A DNA stretch of 64,000 bases from a virus (lineage: Duplodnaviria; Caudoviricetes): IMG/VR virus record IMGVR_UViG_3300005805_000076, positions 7,929 to 71,928 of that record; one strand, given 5' to 3'. The notes under the pieces are model-generated. The model did no database searches, had not been told where the DNA came from, and worked only from the letters and a program-made list of their open reading frames with translations. Each line of letters starts with the position of its first letter. Positions within the stretch are counted from its first letter, which is position 1. Of this stretch, positions 1 through 9,406 are shown one piece after another. A program made the position numbers and the translations under genes.

Positions 1-282
1 CCTTTATTGTTAACCAGTGCTATTGGAATGGCAGCAGAATGTGGTGAATTCTGCGAATTACCGAAAAAAATCTTTTTCCAAGGAAAACCTTTAAACGATG
101 AATCAGTTTTCCATATGAAGCGTGAACTAGGCGATATATTGTTTTACTGGATGAATGCATGTAGCGCCTTGCGAATTACCCCCGAAGATGTTATAAATGA
201 GAATATGTCTAAGTTAATGAAACGATATCCAAATGGATTCAGCGTAGAGCGCAGCGAAAATAGAGCACATAACGATATTTGA
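1..282 (+). CDS. MazG-like nucleotide pyrophosphohydrolase (5' partial)
   Basis: AAECGEFCE...KRELGDILFYW acidic helical motifs; frame open to the window edge. Confidence 0.8.
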   Translation, partial: PLLLTSAIGMAAECGEFCELPKKIFFQGKPLNDESVFHMKRELGDILFYWMNACSALRITPEDVINENMSKLMKRYPNGFSVERSENRAHNDI

Positions 283-283
283 T

Positions 284-523
284 ATGCATCCACTGGCTCC
301 TGATCTTTCCCAACTTAAAGACGAAGATCTGCGAAAAAAACAAGCAGAACTTATGCAACGTCTAAATCAAGCATATAGATTTGGCAATTACTCTTTGGTT
401 GCGCAGGTTCAAATGCTATTGGAAGATTATACCAGTGAATTAAATCGTAGAAGCCAAAAGCAACTAGAAGAATTATTGGAAAAGAACAGTAAATTTAAAG
501 ATATAATTGACGTTAAAAAATGA
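284..523 (+). CDS. hypothetical helical protein
   Basis: 79-aa ORF tightly packed between neighbours. Confidence 0.7.
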   Translation: MHPLAPDLSQLKDEDLRKKQAELMQRLNQAYRFGNYSLVAQVQMLLEDYTSELNRRSQKQLEELLEKNSKFKDIIDVKK

Positions 524-1038
524 ATTACGATCAATATGGCAGAGCTTATACTTCTCAAGAAGAACTCTGCGACTTACTATACAAAAATCCTGAACTGGAC
601 ATTTCCAACTTCTATCTAACAGATGCAGACAAATATAATACTTCAGTCAGCGAACTTTTTGCTGATTTGCCTAAAATTCAGCAATATATTCAGATAGATA
701 AAAATTTAGATGAATTTGATCTTACAAATCAAAATAATTGGTATATGCCACAAGAATATAAACAACTAGATATTGCACAGTGGATATTTGATCAATGCAA
801 GAATCAGCAGGAATTGCAGAGGGTGGCACAGGAATTACTACTATTCAATGAACGTGAATTGTTTGATCTTTTAAGATTCCTTAAATATCTTGTTGACACT
901 TTGAGAGCCAACAATGTAGTTTGGGGAGTGGGTAGGGGTAGTAGTGTTGCAAGTTATGTTCTGTATCTCATAGGAGTACATAAAATTGATTCCATATTCT
1001 ATGATTTACCGATAGAAGAATTTTTAAAACAAGGATAA
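520..1038 (+). CDS. stand-alone DNA polymerase III alpha (DnaE)-like fragment
   Basis: WGVGRGSSVASYVLYLIGVHKIDSIFYDLPIEEFL matches DnaE GxGRGSxxGSLVxYxLGITxxDPxxYxLxFERFL. Confidence 0.75.
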   Translation: MNYDQYGRAYTSQEELCDLLYKNPELDISNFYLTDADKYNTSVSELFADLPKIQQYIQIDKNLDEFDLTNQNNWYMPQEYKQLDIAQWIFDQCKNQQELQRVAQELLLFNERELFDLLRFLKYLVDTLRANNVVWGVGRGSSVASYVLYLIGVHKIDSIFYDLPIEEFLKQG

Positions 1039-1042
1039 TAAT

Positions 1043-1267
1043 ATGGCAAAGAATTTATATAGAACAGCGCAGGGGCAATTAATTGACGTTGACCATTTGC
1101 GTTTGGCAAACGAGCGTACCAAAGCTGTAGGCAATATGCAGGTCAATGCTAGAGGTGATCAAATAGCTAGCGATGGTACAATTTTGAAAACAAAACAAGA
1201 ACAACTTAAAGAACGTAATAAATCTATTAAAAATATGGTAACATATAAGCCAAAACGAAGGGGGTAA
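1043..1267 (+). CDS. hypothetical basic protein
   Basis: 74-aa ORF with AAGGA RBS. Confidence 0.7.
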   Translation: MAKNLYRTAQGQLIDVDHLRLANERTKAVGNMQVNARGDQIASDGTILKTKQEQLKERNKSIKNMVTYKPKRRG

Positions 1268-1268
1268 G

Positions 1269-1649
1269 ATGTTAGCTAAAAAAATTAACGCAATTAAACC
1301 TATCAAAGATCATATCATAGTTAAAGATATGAACTTTGGACAACGCAAACTTAGCAGCGGTATTATCATGTTGGGCGATGATGCTAAAACTGATGGCATA
1401 CGACCTAGATGGGCACAGGTATATGCAATTGGTCCAAAACAGCAGGATGTTATCGTAGGTCAATGGGTACTAATTGAACATGGACGCTGGACTCGAGGCA
1501 GCAAGGTTGAAATTGCTGGTGAAGAAATTACTATTCGAAGAGTAGATGCAAAATCAATACTACTCATCAGCGATGAAGGGCCAGGCACGGACGACAACAT
1601 TAGTACATCAGTACATGCCGAAGCTAAACAAAGGGCGGTATATGAATAA
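1269..1649 (+). CDS. groES: co-chaperonin GroES (Cpn10)-like
   Basis: IKPIKDHIIVK, SSGII mobile loop, VYAIGP, VIVGQWVL pattern. Confidence 0.8.
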   Translation: MLAKKINAIKPIKDHIIVKDMNFGQRKLSSGIIMLGDDAKTDGIRPRWAQVYAIGPKQQDVIVGQWVLIEHGRWTRGSKVEIAGEEITIRRVDAKSILLISDEGPGTDDNISTSVHAEAKQRAVYE

Positions 1650-1812
1650 ATGGACTTTGGAAGTTTGTGAAGATCCAGATGATGCAGATTCTTTGGTTCT
1701 GCAATTTCCTGACGATTTATTGGCAGCAACTGGTTGGAAACCTGGAGACACTATCTCTTGGCAGCAACAGGATAACGGTGACTGGATTTTAAAACGGGTG
1801 AACAATGAATAA
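1642..1812 (+). CDS. AbrB/MazE-like small DNA-binding protein
   Basis: LVLQFPDDLLAATGWKPGDTISW swapped-hairpin pattern; ATG 1642 overlaps the groES stop. Confidence 0.6.
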   Translation: MNKWTLEVCEDPDDADSLVLQFPDDLLAATGWKPGDTISWQQQDNGDWILKRVNNE

Positions 1813-1984
1813 TACTGAAAAATTGGAAAAATTGATGCAACCAATTGATCAACAAATTATGATGTGTGATGATAGAAACGATGTATTGTTACTAGCATGT
1901 GGCATGTTGACTACGGTTAAAGCTATTTTTGATGAACAACTGGGTGTTGAAGGTCGCAAAACTATGTTTAAGGAATATACATAA
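1805..1984 (+). CDS. hypothetical protein (59 aa, absent from ORF track)
   Basis: MNNTEKLEKLMQPIDQQ...KEYT; fills the gap, TAA overlaps the next ATG. Confidence 0.65.
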   Translation: MNNTEKLEKLMQPIDQQIMMCDDRNDVLLLACGMLTTVKAIFDEQLGVEGRKTMFKEYT

Positions 1985-2196
1985 TGGCAACAATCTATCG
2001 TGAAGTAGAGGTTGAAATTGATCTATCTGACATTGATACTGAAGATTTAGTAGCTGAGTTAGAGGAACGTCAAGAAAATGGAGCAATGACTGGTAACTTA
2101 AATGATCTTATGCAGATATATGAGCTTCGCAAGTTAGGTAAAGATTATGAACACGAATTGGATGAGTTTATTTACAAACACACTGGGAGGTTTTAA
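1984..2196 (+). CDS. hypothetical acidic protein
   Basis: 70-aa ORF coupled to both neighbours. Confidence 0.7.
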   Translation: MATIYREVEVEIDLSDIDTEDLVAELEERQENGAMTGNLNDLMQIYELRKLGKDYEHELDEFIYKHTGRF

Positions 2197-2660
2197 TGAT
2201 CTTTAATAAGGTCAAAGATCTCAAAAAACAGGGTTTAAAGATTGGCATCACATTTAGTACCTTTGATCTTTTACATGCGGGCCATATCGCCATGTTGGCC
2301 GAAGCAAAAAACCACTGTGATTATCTCATAGCTGGATTGCAAACTGATCCAACCATAGACAGACCGGACACAAAGAATAAACCAGTACAAAGTATAGTGG
2401 AACGGCAAATTCAATTATCTGCAACTAGGTTAGTTGATGAAATAGTGGTATATCAGACTGAAAAAGATTTGGAAGATATCTTGCTAACATTGCCTATAGA
2501 TGTTAGAATACTAGGTGTAGAATACGCTGATAAAAACTTTACTGGTAAAGATATTTGTCAAAAACGAAATATACAAATTGTGTTCAATGGTAGAGATCAT
2601 AGCTTTAGCAGCAGTAGTCTACGTAAACGAGTAGCAGAAGCAGAAATGAAAAAACAATGA
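2196..2660 (+). CDS. TagD-like cytidylyltransferase
   Basis: STFDLLHAGH (HIGH) motif, C-terminal RDHSFSSSSLR. Confidence 0.85.
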   Translation: MIFNKVKDLKKQGLKIGITFSTFDLLHAGHIAMLAEAKNHCDYLIAGLQTDPTIDRPDTKNKPVQSIVERQIQLSATRLVDEIVVYQTEKDLEDILLTLPIDVRILGVEYADKNFTGKDICQKRNIQIVFNGRDHSFSSSSLRKRVAEAEMKKQ

Positions 2661-2854
2661 ATGCAGATACGGGCTGTTGGTGTTATACTTGCAACAAGGG
2701 TAAGCCAGGTCCATATGGAGACATTCTTCCATATGAACTAACGGTGTTTATTGCTTGCCCAACATGTGGTAACAAGCGATGCCCACATGCCACAGATCAC
2801 AATTTAGAATGTACAAACAGTAATGATCCAGGTCAACCTGGCAGTAGATATTAA
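2657..2854 (+). CDS. Cys-rich putative zinc-binding protein
   Basis: CWCYTC, CPTCGNKRCPHA. Confidence 0.6.
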   Translation: MNADTGCWCYTCNKGKPGPYGDILPYELTVFIACPTCGNKRCPHATDHNLECTNSNDPGQPGSRY

Positions 2855-2866
2855 TAAGGATAAAAA

Positions 2867-3790
2867 GTGAAAGAACTTTGGACTGAAAAATTTCGACCAA
2901 AAACTGTGAATGAATATGTATTCACAGATATCAATGCAAGAGATCAAATTGAAGCTTTTATTAATGAAGGTGCGATTCCCCATCTTCTATTTCATGGGCC
3001 AGCAGGTACTGGCAAAACAACTCTAGCTAAAATTTTGGTCAATGAACTTAAAATTGATGAATATGACTTTTTGCAGGTTAACGCCAGTAGGGATAATGGT
3101 GTTGATTATCTTAGACAAAAAATTGAAGGATTTGTAAGCACATTGCCTTTTGGACATTTAAAGATTGTGCTGTTGGATGAAGCAGACTATCTCAGTCCTC
3201 CAGCACAGGGCATATTGCGTGGTTTAATGGAAACATATCAATCACAAGCAAGGTTTATTCTAACCTGTAATTTTGTACACAAAATCATTACTCCATTGCG
3301 TTCACGTTGTCAAGAACTACATATTGACAAGACTGATGTCACAGAATTTACAGCTAGAGTAGCCAAAATTCTATTAGACGAAGGTGTGCAATTTGATTTA
3401 GATATATTAGATAGTTATGTAAAAGCAACATATCCAGATCTACGTAAATGTCTCAATATTTTACAACCAAACAGCGCCAGTGGAGTATTGCAGACAGTGA
3501 AAGAAAGCAGCGGAAGTAGTACAGATTATAGATTCGCCGTTGTTGATTTACTGAAACAAAGACGTATTAAAGAAGCTAGACAATTGCTATGCAGTCAAGC
3601 TAGGCCTGAAGAAATGGATGAGATTTTCCGTTGGGCGTATAACAATTTAGATCTTTGGAGTAGTACAGATCAAGGGCAGGATCAAGCAATTATGATTATT
3701 CGAAAGTCCATTGTAAATCATGCTATGATGTCAGAACCTGAAATTAACTTATCAGCCATGTTGGTTGAATTAACTGGGATAGACAAATGA
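2867..3790 (+). CDS. clamp loader AAA+ subunit (RFC small subunit / T4 gp44-like)
   Basis: WTEKFRPK, GPAGTGKT, NAS, LLDEAD, LRSRC (SRC) motifs. Confidence 0.92.
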   Translation: MKELWTEKFRPKTVNEYVFTDINARDQIEAFINEGAIPHLLFHGPAGTGKTTLAKILVNELKIDEYDFLQVNASRDNGVDYLRQKIEGFVSTLPFGHLKIVLLDEADYLSPPAQGILRGLMETYQSQARFILTCNFVHKIITPLRSRCQELHIDKTDVTEFTARVAKILLDEGVQFDLDILDSYVKATYPDLRKCLNILQPNSASGVLQTVKESSGSSTDYRFAVVDLLKQRRIKEARQLLCSQARPEEMDEIFRWAYNNLDLWSSTDQGQDQAIMIIRKSIVNHAMMSEPEINLSAMLVELTGIDK

Positions 3791-4185
3791 AAAACAAAGA
3801 TATACATGTATTAGGTTACTATAAGGCAGCACCTAAGAATCCTCGCTTAACCACTAAACCAGGATATATGAAAGACCCTGACAATATATCTTGGGTAGAA
3901 TCCATAAATATTACCAGAGGGTTAAAGGATAAGGATTTAACAAAAGCTCAAGTAATTTTGAACTTAAATACAAAAACGGTGGTAAGAAATGTTTGGAATG
4001 AAAATCGTGATTTTCCAACTCTGTTAGCTTATTATCAAGAAAATTATGCCAAATATATCAATCCAATCATTGCCACTCTTTACAAGGACGAATTAAATGA
4101 AACCACTGGGAATGTACGGGTTGAAGAAGAAAAAGAAAGCAGTGGATCCCAACGCACCACCGAGACCAACCCTATTGGGTCATGA
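3787..4185 (+). CDS. hypothetical protein
   Basis: 132-aa ORF, ATGA overlap with upstream gene. Confidence 0.65.
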   Translation: MKNKDIHVLGYYKAAPKNPRLTTKPGYMKDPDNISWVESINITRGLKDKDLTKAQVILNLNTKTVVRNVWNENRDFPTLLAYYQENYAKYINPIIATLYKDELNETTGNVRVEEEKESSGSQRTTETNPIGS

Positions 4186-4345
4186 GAAAGAAATGAAAGT
4201 TTGGCGCGGACAATTTGGAAAGTTTGCGCAAGATAATATTAGTCTAAACATAACCGTGCGTATGCTAGAGCGTAAAGTTAACCGCCTCGAAGGTCAACTC
4301 GAGGCGGCTATCAGTGTTATCAATAGATTAAATCGTAATAGATAA
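4097..4345 (+). CDS. hypothetical coiled-coil protein
   Basis: 82-aa ORF, AAGGA RBS upstream. Confidence 0.55.
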   Translation: MKPLGMYGLKKKKKAVDPNAPPRPTLLGHEKEMKVWRGQFGKFAQDNISLNITVRMLERKVNRLEGQLEAAISVINRLNRNR

Positions 4346-4346
4346 C

Positions 4347-5078
4347 TTAAACTTCACCGTACAGACTTAGTACTTCCTGTACAATTGGGTGCCTTTGTAT
4401 ATCCTTACCGGTCAGATGGGCATGACCAATTCTATTAGATTGTGCTGTTTTAATTCTTTCTATGAAGTCTAATAAACCATTATTAGTTCTAAAGGCCTTG
4501 TCGGTTTGATTTAAATCTCCTGTAACTATAAGTCTAGAATTTTCTGCAATGCGGGTTAACACCATCTTCATTTGATTAACCGTAGCATTTTGCATTTCGT
4601 CGCAGATTATAAATGCATTTTTTAAGTTTCTTCCACGCATAAAGGCCAGTGGGCTGATTTCAATAATTTCCTCCTCCAGCATTTTTGCCACTTCCCTTTT
4701 ATCATAGTATTCTAAGATAACATCAAACAATGGTTTAGTCCATGGTTCCATTTTTTGATTTAATGTACCAGGCAAAAATCCATGTTTTTCATCATCCACA
4801 CCCACAGCAGGTCTAGTAAGAATTATCTTGTTTACAGAACCTTGGCGCAGTGATTGAATACCTGCCAGCATGGCCAGCATGGTTTTGCCAGTGCCCGCCG
4901 GCCCTGTGGCAAATACTATTACTTTACTGGGATCTGTTAAGAAATTTATATAGTTTTCTTGATTTAGACTTTTGGGAATTAAATGAATTTGTCTTTTTTT
5001 GTTGTAAAACGTGTTTAAACTTACTACATTTGAATCTACTACTTGTTGCTGTAAAAACCTATTCTTTCTTTTTGACAA
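4347..5078 (-). CDS. phoH: PhoH family ATPase
   Basis: GPAGTGKT, TRPAV, GFLPG, PLAFMRGR, DEMQN, TGDLNQTD; TTG start after AGGAGG. Confidence 0.95.
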   Translation of the reverse strand: MSKRKNRFLQQQVVDSNVVSLNTFYNKKRQIHLIPKSLNQENYINFLTDPSKVIVFATGPAGTGKTMLAMLAGIQSLRQGSVNKIILTRPAVGVDDEKHGFLPGTLNQKMEPWTKPLFDVILEYYDKREVAKMLEEEIIEISPLAFMRGRNLKNAFIICDEMQNATVNQMKMVLTRIAENSRLIVTGDLNQTDKAFRTNNGLLDFIERIKTAQSNRIGHAHLTGKDIQRHPIVQEVLSLYGEV

Positions 5079-5244
5079 GTTGAATCCTCCTATTAGGGCG
5101 CAGGCTTTACGCTGGCCTCAATAATATTTAAATCACTGTAAAACATTGAATCAGCAAAGTTATTCTTTTTCCGCAAGGCATAAGTATTAAGCTAACCTTG
5201 TAAAAATTGAGAATTTTATCGTCTAAATTGACCGCATCCTAGAC

Positions 5245-5250
5245 TAAATA
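5245..5250 (+). promoter_or_regulatory. T4 late-type promoter core TAAATA, 5 nt before ATG 5256
   Basis: actTAAATA-like ACTAAATAatattATG; same core recurs at 6368, 7884, 13211, 14454, 48009, 53446. Confidence 0.5.
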
Positions 5251-5255
5251 ATATT

Positions 5256-5810
5256 ATGGCAGCAAACTTAGAAAACATTATTAATAACGTCAAACAGATT
5301 TACCTTACTGACAGCAGTTTGGTGACTTTGTTGGATTACGAACGAGTCATTGATGAGCTTGATCTTTACAGTTTTAAGCACTGGAAGATAGGCGAACTTA
5401 TTGAAGGACCAATCTACGAAAAATATTTCGTAACCTGTAAGTGGATGTATCCTTACAGGAAAATGCCTGATCCTTCAGGGGCAGAACGTTTATTAAATTA
5501 TGGCTGTGAGGTTACATATCAGGAAGATGAATTCAAATATCCTATAGATGTAAAAACCCCAGATGATTTCAAACCTGGCACAAGGGTACCCCGTATGGTC
5601 AGCAAGCCAATTTGGGTTGTTACAATTACAATGCCTAAAAAATTAATGGGTGACATACAGCGTGGTAGTATTGAGCTTGAAAATGAAAGTTTAGATGCTG
5701 AGGATATTGAATCAGCATATGAGCAGGGTATGGATGACGAAACCAGTGATCAAACGCAGGACCAAGAAAATGAACAACAGCAATCTCAACAAGCAATACC
5801 AACTATCTGA
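5256..5810 (+). CDS. hypothetical protein with acidic/Gln tail
   Basis: 184-aa ORF after a late-type promoter. Confidence 0.75.
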   Translation: MAANLENIINNVKQIYLTDSSLVTLLDYERVIDELDLYSFKHWKIGELIEGPIYEKYFVTCKWMYPYRKMPDPSGAERLLNYGCEVTYQEDEFKYPIDVKTPDDFKPGTRVPRMVSKPIWVVTITMPKKLMGDIQRGSIELENESLDAEDIESAYEQGMDDETSDQTQDQENEQQQSQQAIPTI

Positions 5811-6354
5811 AGGACTTGAATACGGCGATTTACGCAGAGTAGTTCACCCAGAACTGCATGTTGATGAATTCAAAAGCAAAATGGGTGACGATGCTGATGT
5901 AATCGTTCTTAGCTTTAAAGTCAAGGAAAAACAACCTGCTGAAGATTTGTCAGCATTTGTTGAACGTGGGTATGACTGGGTCTTAGATGCTGACTCTGGT
6001 TCAGGCGATTTTGAGGATGGTGAGTTCTTAGTATTTGTAGAATTAGATCGTGATGCGCATGCAGCTAAGAACATAATGAAACTTTTAAAAGATATTATGA
6101 ATCTTACTGAACAAAAGTTAGAAGATTGGAAGTTTCGCTATGCCAAAAACGATAAAGAGTATGATTTAACTGAAGAAAATCTAAGGCATATAGTTCCAAT
6201 GAATGCTGAGATATATCTCAGCAAATACGGCGACGAGGAAGAAATAGCATCAAAACTTGAGGCCATGCAGGAAGCTGCAAGAGTTAATATTAAGAAACAG
6301 GCCCCTAAAAATCCATATACTGAAAGCCTACGAATAGCAGCTGGTCTAAAATAA
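5770..6354 (+). CDS. hypothetical protein (probable start ATG 5770)
   Basis: long ORF; upstream ATGs lie deep inside the previous gene. Confidence 0.7.
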   Translation: MNNSNLNKQYQLSEGLEYGDLRRVVHPELHVDEFKSKMGDDADVIVLSFKVKEKQPAEDLSAFVERGYDWVLDADSGSGDFEDGEFLVFVELDRDAHAAKNIMKLLKDIMNLTEQKLEDWKFRYAKNDKEYDLTEENLRHIVPMNAEIYLSKYGDEEEIASKLEAMQEAARVNIKKQAPKNPYTESLRIAAGLK

Positions 6355-6396
6355 TATAAGATTTGGATAAATACCTTGAGTAATACTCAAGGAGCA

Positions 6397-7035
6397 ATGA
6401 TGTCCAATTCTTTTACTTTTGACTTCACGCAAGATCATCTAAGACAAATGTTACCAGGCAATCCATATATTGCCGAATGGTATCATGCATTATGTACCAT
6501 TTTACCAGAATATGAAATTAATACACCGGCCCGTGTAGCAGCATTTATAGCTCAATGTGCTCACGAAAGTGGTAACTTTAGACTACTTAAAGAAAATCTT
6601 AACTATAAAGCAGCAAGCTTACGTAAAGTTTTCCCAAAGTACTTTCCTGATGATGCCATCGCTGCTGCATATGCTAACAAACCAGAGAAAATTGCTAACC
6701 GTGTATATGGTAATCGCATGGGTAATGGTCCAGAAGAATCTGGTGACGGATTCCGTTATTGCGGTCGTGGCCTAATACAATTAACCGGCAAAGATAATTA
6801 TACTTGGTTTGCTGAAAGCATTGAAACACCTTTGGAGGAAATACCAGAATATTTAGGTACTTTTGAAGGTGCTGTACAAAGTGCATGCTGGTTCTGGGAA
6901 ACCAACAACCTAAACAGGGAAGCAGATGCTGGCGATATTAAAACTATGACTCGCAAAATTAATGGTGGATTTATTGGGCTTGAGGACCGCATTAAGCACT
7001 ATAACCATGCATTACATGTTTTTGGAGTACATTAA
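6397..7035 (+). CDS. GH19 family endolysin
   Basis: AAFIAQCAHES, DGFRYCGRGLIQLTGKDNY, TRKINGG; GGAG RBS before ATG 6397/6400. Confidence 0.9.
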   Translation: MMSNSFTFDFTQDHLRQMLPGNPYIAEWYHALCTILPEYEINTPARVAAFIAQCAHESGNFRLLKENLNYKAASLRKVFPKYFPDDAIAAAYANKPEKIANRVYGNRMGNGPEESGDGFRYCGRGLIQLTGKDNYTWFAESIETPLEEIPEYLGTFEGAVQSACWFWETNNLNREADAGDIKTMTRKINGGFIGLEDRIKHYNHALHVFGVH

Positions 7036-7538
7036 TGTTTGGAGGCACATCCGCTGCTGTTAGAGCCGTTGCTCTCTTAATTATTGTTTTGATAGTAGCA
7101 GGCGGGATCTACTATGTCAGCAATCTACAGGCTGATCTAGCTGTTAGCAGAGAAAATGTTAAAAAATTAGATGAAGCTATTAAACAACAAAAAGAAGCTA
7201 TTGAGTCTTTACAGCGTGATCAACAACAAATAAAAGATATCAATGCTGAATTACGTCTGCAAAATAAATTGCAAGACAAGGATATGGAAAATCTTAAAGA
7301 AAGATTCTCCAAAGATGCTGCCGGTAATAAGCGTGATATCGGTAAAATAGCACAGCAAAAACCTTTAAGTATAGAACGTGCAGTAAACCGTGCCACAGCA
7401 GCAGTACAACGCTGTTTGGAAATTGCCAGTGGTGCACCTTTAACGGAAGCAGAAAAGAATGCAACTAAACCCAGTGAGATAAACCGTGAATGCCCATCAA
7501 TTGCAAACCCTGGCTATAAGCCTACTGTTGGTAACTAG
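7035..7538 (+). CDS. i-spanin (Rz-like)
   Basis: N-terminal TM helix then coiled coil, directly after the endolysin. Confidence 0.7.
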   Translation: MFGGTSAAVRAVALLIIVLIVAGGIYYVSNLQADLAVSRENVKKLDEAIKQQKEAIESLQRDQQQIKDINAELRLQNKLQDKDMENLKERFSKDAAGNKRDIGKIAQQKPLSIERAVNRATAAVQRCLEIASGAPLTEAEKNATKPSEINRECPSIANPGYKPTVGN

Positions 7539-7890
7539 CCTTAGCGGCTGTGCTAACTTTAAAAATTTATTTGGTACTACTGAAAAACCACTCGAAGTAG
7601 TTACTAAACCACTTGAGCGTACCCCTTTAGATTTGGCAATGCCAGATCCAATCAAAAGTAGAAATATAGCATGGATCGTTGTTACTCCAGAAAATGTAGA
7701 TGAAATCTTCAAACAAATGGAGAGCAAAGGACAAAATCTTGTATTATTTGCACTGACAGATGACGGTTACCAAGAACTAGCTATTAATATGGTCGATATA
7801 CGTAATTTCATTAATAGCCAACGTAATATAATAATACGTTATAAAGACTATTATGAGCCTAAAAAAGATTCACCAAAAACCAATAAATAA
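7486..7890 (+). CDS. o-spanin lipoprotein (Rz1-like)
   Basis: hydrophobic signal and LSGC lipobox; overlaps the i-spanin 3' end. Confidence 0.7.
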   Translation: MNAHQLQTLAISLLLVTSLSGCANFKNLFGTTEKPLEVVTKPLERTPLDLAMPDPIKSRNIAWIVVTPENVDEIFKQMESKGQNLVLFALTDDGYQELAINMVDIRNFINSQRNIIIRYKDYYEPKKDSPKTNK

Positions 7891-7908
7891 AAATATTAGG
7901 AGCCAACA

Positions 7909-8655
7909 ATGTCAGATCAAACAGAAAGCGAAAAGAAAAAAGAAGATTGGATTCCTTACACTTATCTGTTAATACACGATGAGACTGGGCTCTGTTATTA
8001 CGGCGTGAGGTATCAAAAAAACTGTAACCCTTCAGAATTTTGGAAAACTTACAAAACCAGCTCTAGACATGTTAAGAAATTGGTAGAAGAATACGGTGAG
8101 CAAAGCTTTTCCTTTCAAATTAGAAAGACATTTACTAACCCAACGGCAGCTAGGATGTGGGAGCATAAGGTATTACGAAGAATGCAGGTTATTCGCAGAA
8201 AAGATTTCTTAAATAAAACAGATAATATATCTATAGCACCTATGCATGGTGGCAAAAATCCAGCGTCAAGACAAGAAGTTAAAGAAAAAATAAGTAATTC
8301 TTTAAAAGAATGGCATAAAATTAACCCAAATCCTAATTTAGGAAGAGTCACTTCATCAGAAATTAAAAATAAACAAAGCCTTAAGAAACTGGGAAATAAA
8401 AATCCATTTTTTGGAAAGAAACATAGTGAAGAGAGCAAATTATTATTTTCTAATAGACAGCAAGGCGAAAAAAATTCCTTCTTTGGTTGCAAGCATAGCG
8501 AAGAAACCAAAAAAAGAATGAGCGTGTCACAGCGTGGCCGAAAGAAACCAAAAATACAATGTCCACATTGTCACCAAGCAGGGGCGCCAAATGTAATATA
8601 CAGATGGCACTATAATCATTGTAAATTAAAGAAAGATACTTATGCAGACAAATAA
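7909..8655 (+). mobile_element. free-standing GIY-YIG homing endonuclease with NUMOD3-type repeats, fused to a holin-like N-terminal peptide
   Basis: PYTYLL...CYYGVR...YKTSS; NPFFGKKHSEE and NSFFGCKHSEETK repeats. Confidence 0.8.
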
Positions 8656-9118
8656 TTCCGACAATAATAACGAAAGCTGGATGAATAAAAGATGGCGCCC
8701 ATTAATGGGATATATGTATATGGCTGTATGTGTGTTTGATTTTATCATCTTCCCAATTCTATGGGCAGTGATACAATTTTGGGAAAGCAGCGTAGCCAAT
8801 GATGCATTCCGTCAATGGAATCCCTTAACTCTGCAAGGAGCAGGACTATTCCATATGGCAATGGGTGCGGTATTAGGTATTGCAGCATTTGGTAGAACCA
8901 AAGAAAAAATTGAAGGCGTATCAGGCGGATTACCAACTCCTTCAATACCGCTCAGCGTAAGCGCACCTGCTCCCGTAGCTCCGGCGCCAGTACAAAGTTT
9001 TGCGCCGGCCCCGGCACCAGTGGCTCCGGTTAGTAACAGTTTTAGCGCAGCACCAGCAAACCAATTTACTGCTAGCGGTAAAAAGATAGTACCGCAGGAT
9101 CCAGATCCAGAAATTTAA
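8642..9118 (+). CDS. holin-like membrane protein with Pro/Ala-rich tail
   Basis: WMNKRWRPLMGYMY, two hydrophobic segments, GAVLGIAAFGRTKEK; lysis-cassette position. Confidence 0.6.
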   Translation: MQTNNSDNNNESWMNKRWRPLMGYMYMAVCVFDFIIFPILWAVIQFWESSVANDAFRQWNPLTLQGAGLFHMAMGAVLGIAAFGRTKEKIEGVSGGLPTPSIPLSVSAPAPVAPAPVQSFAPAPAPVAPVSNSFSAAPANQFTASGKKIVPQDPDPEI

Positions 9119-9128
9119 AGGAGAAATT

Positions 9129-9344
9129 ATGAAGTCATTTATCACAGCATTAGCAATTACATTTGGTTTGGTGTTTAGCGCACAGGCTACAGAAGCACCA
9201 AAAATTGATGCGCCAAAAATTAAACGTGTTTGCAAAGACAGCAAAGACAAAAAAGGCAAAGATGTAAAAGTTTGTAAGGATGTGAAAATCCACAAAAAGC
9301 ATGAAGGCACAAAAGTACCAGAAAAAGCACCTGCAAAAAAGTAA
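9129..9344 (+). CDS. small secreted Lys-rich protein
   Basis: signal peptide (AQA cleavage), two Cys; AGGAG RBS. Confidence 0.65.
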   Translation: MKSFITALAITFGLVFSAQATEAPKIDAPKIKRVCKDSKDKKGKDVKVCKDVKIHKKHEGTKVPEKAPAKK

Positions 9345-9362
9345 AATTTATCAATAACAATT

Positions 9363-9395
9363 AAAGGTAGATTTGACATCTACCTTTTTTTGTTT
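9363..9395 (+). terminator. intrinsic terminator overlapping the dnaJ promoter
   Basis: AAAGGTAGAT-ttgac-ATCTACCTTT 10-bp stem plus T tract. Confidence 0.75.
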
Positions 9396-9401
9396 TATTA
9401 T
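9373..9401 (+). promoter_or_regulatory. sigma70-type promoter for dnaJ
   Basis: TTGACA-17 nt-TATTAT, 5 nt before ATG 9407. Confidence 0.65.
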
Positions 9402-9406
9402 ACATT

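Noticed and set aside
284-523. Resemblance to ribosomal protein L29
   Set aside because: Generic helical-hairpin similarity only
8115-8510. 131-aa antisense ORF and similar minus-strand ORFs (8942-9379, 11838-12263, 17666-18037, 19759-20157, 46709-46972)
   Set aside because: Fully overlap well-supported plus-strand genes and show shadow composition
8945-9070. APAPVAPAP repeat as a mobile or CRISPR-like element
   Set aside because: Low-complexity Pro/Ala coding tail
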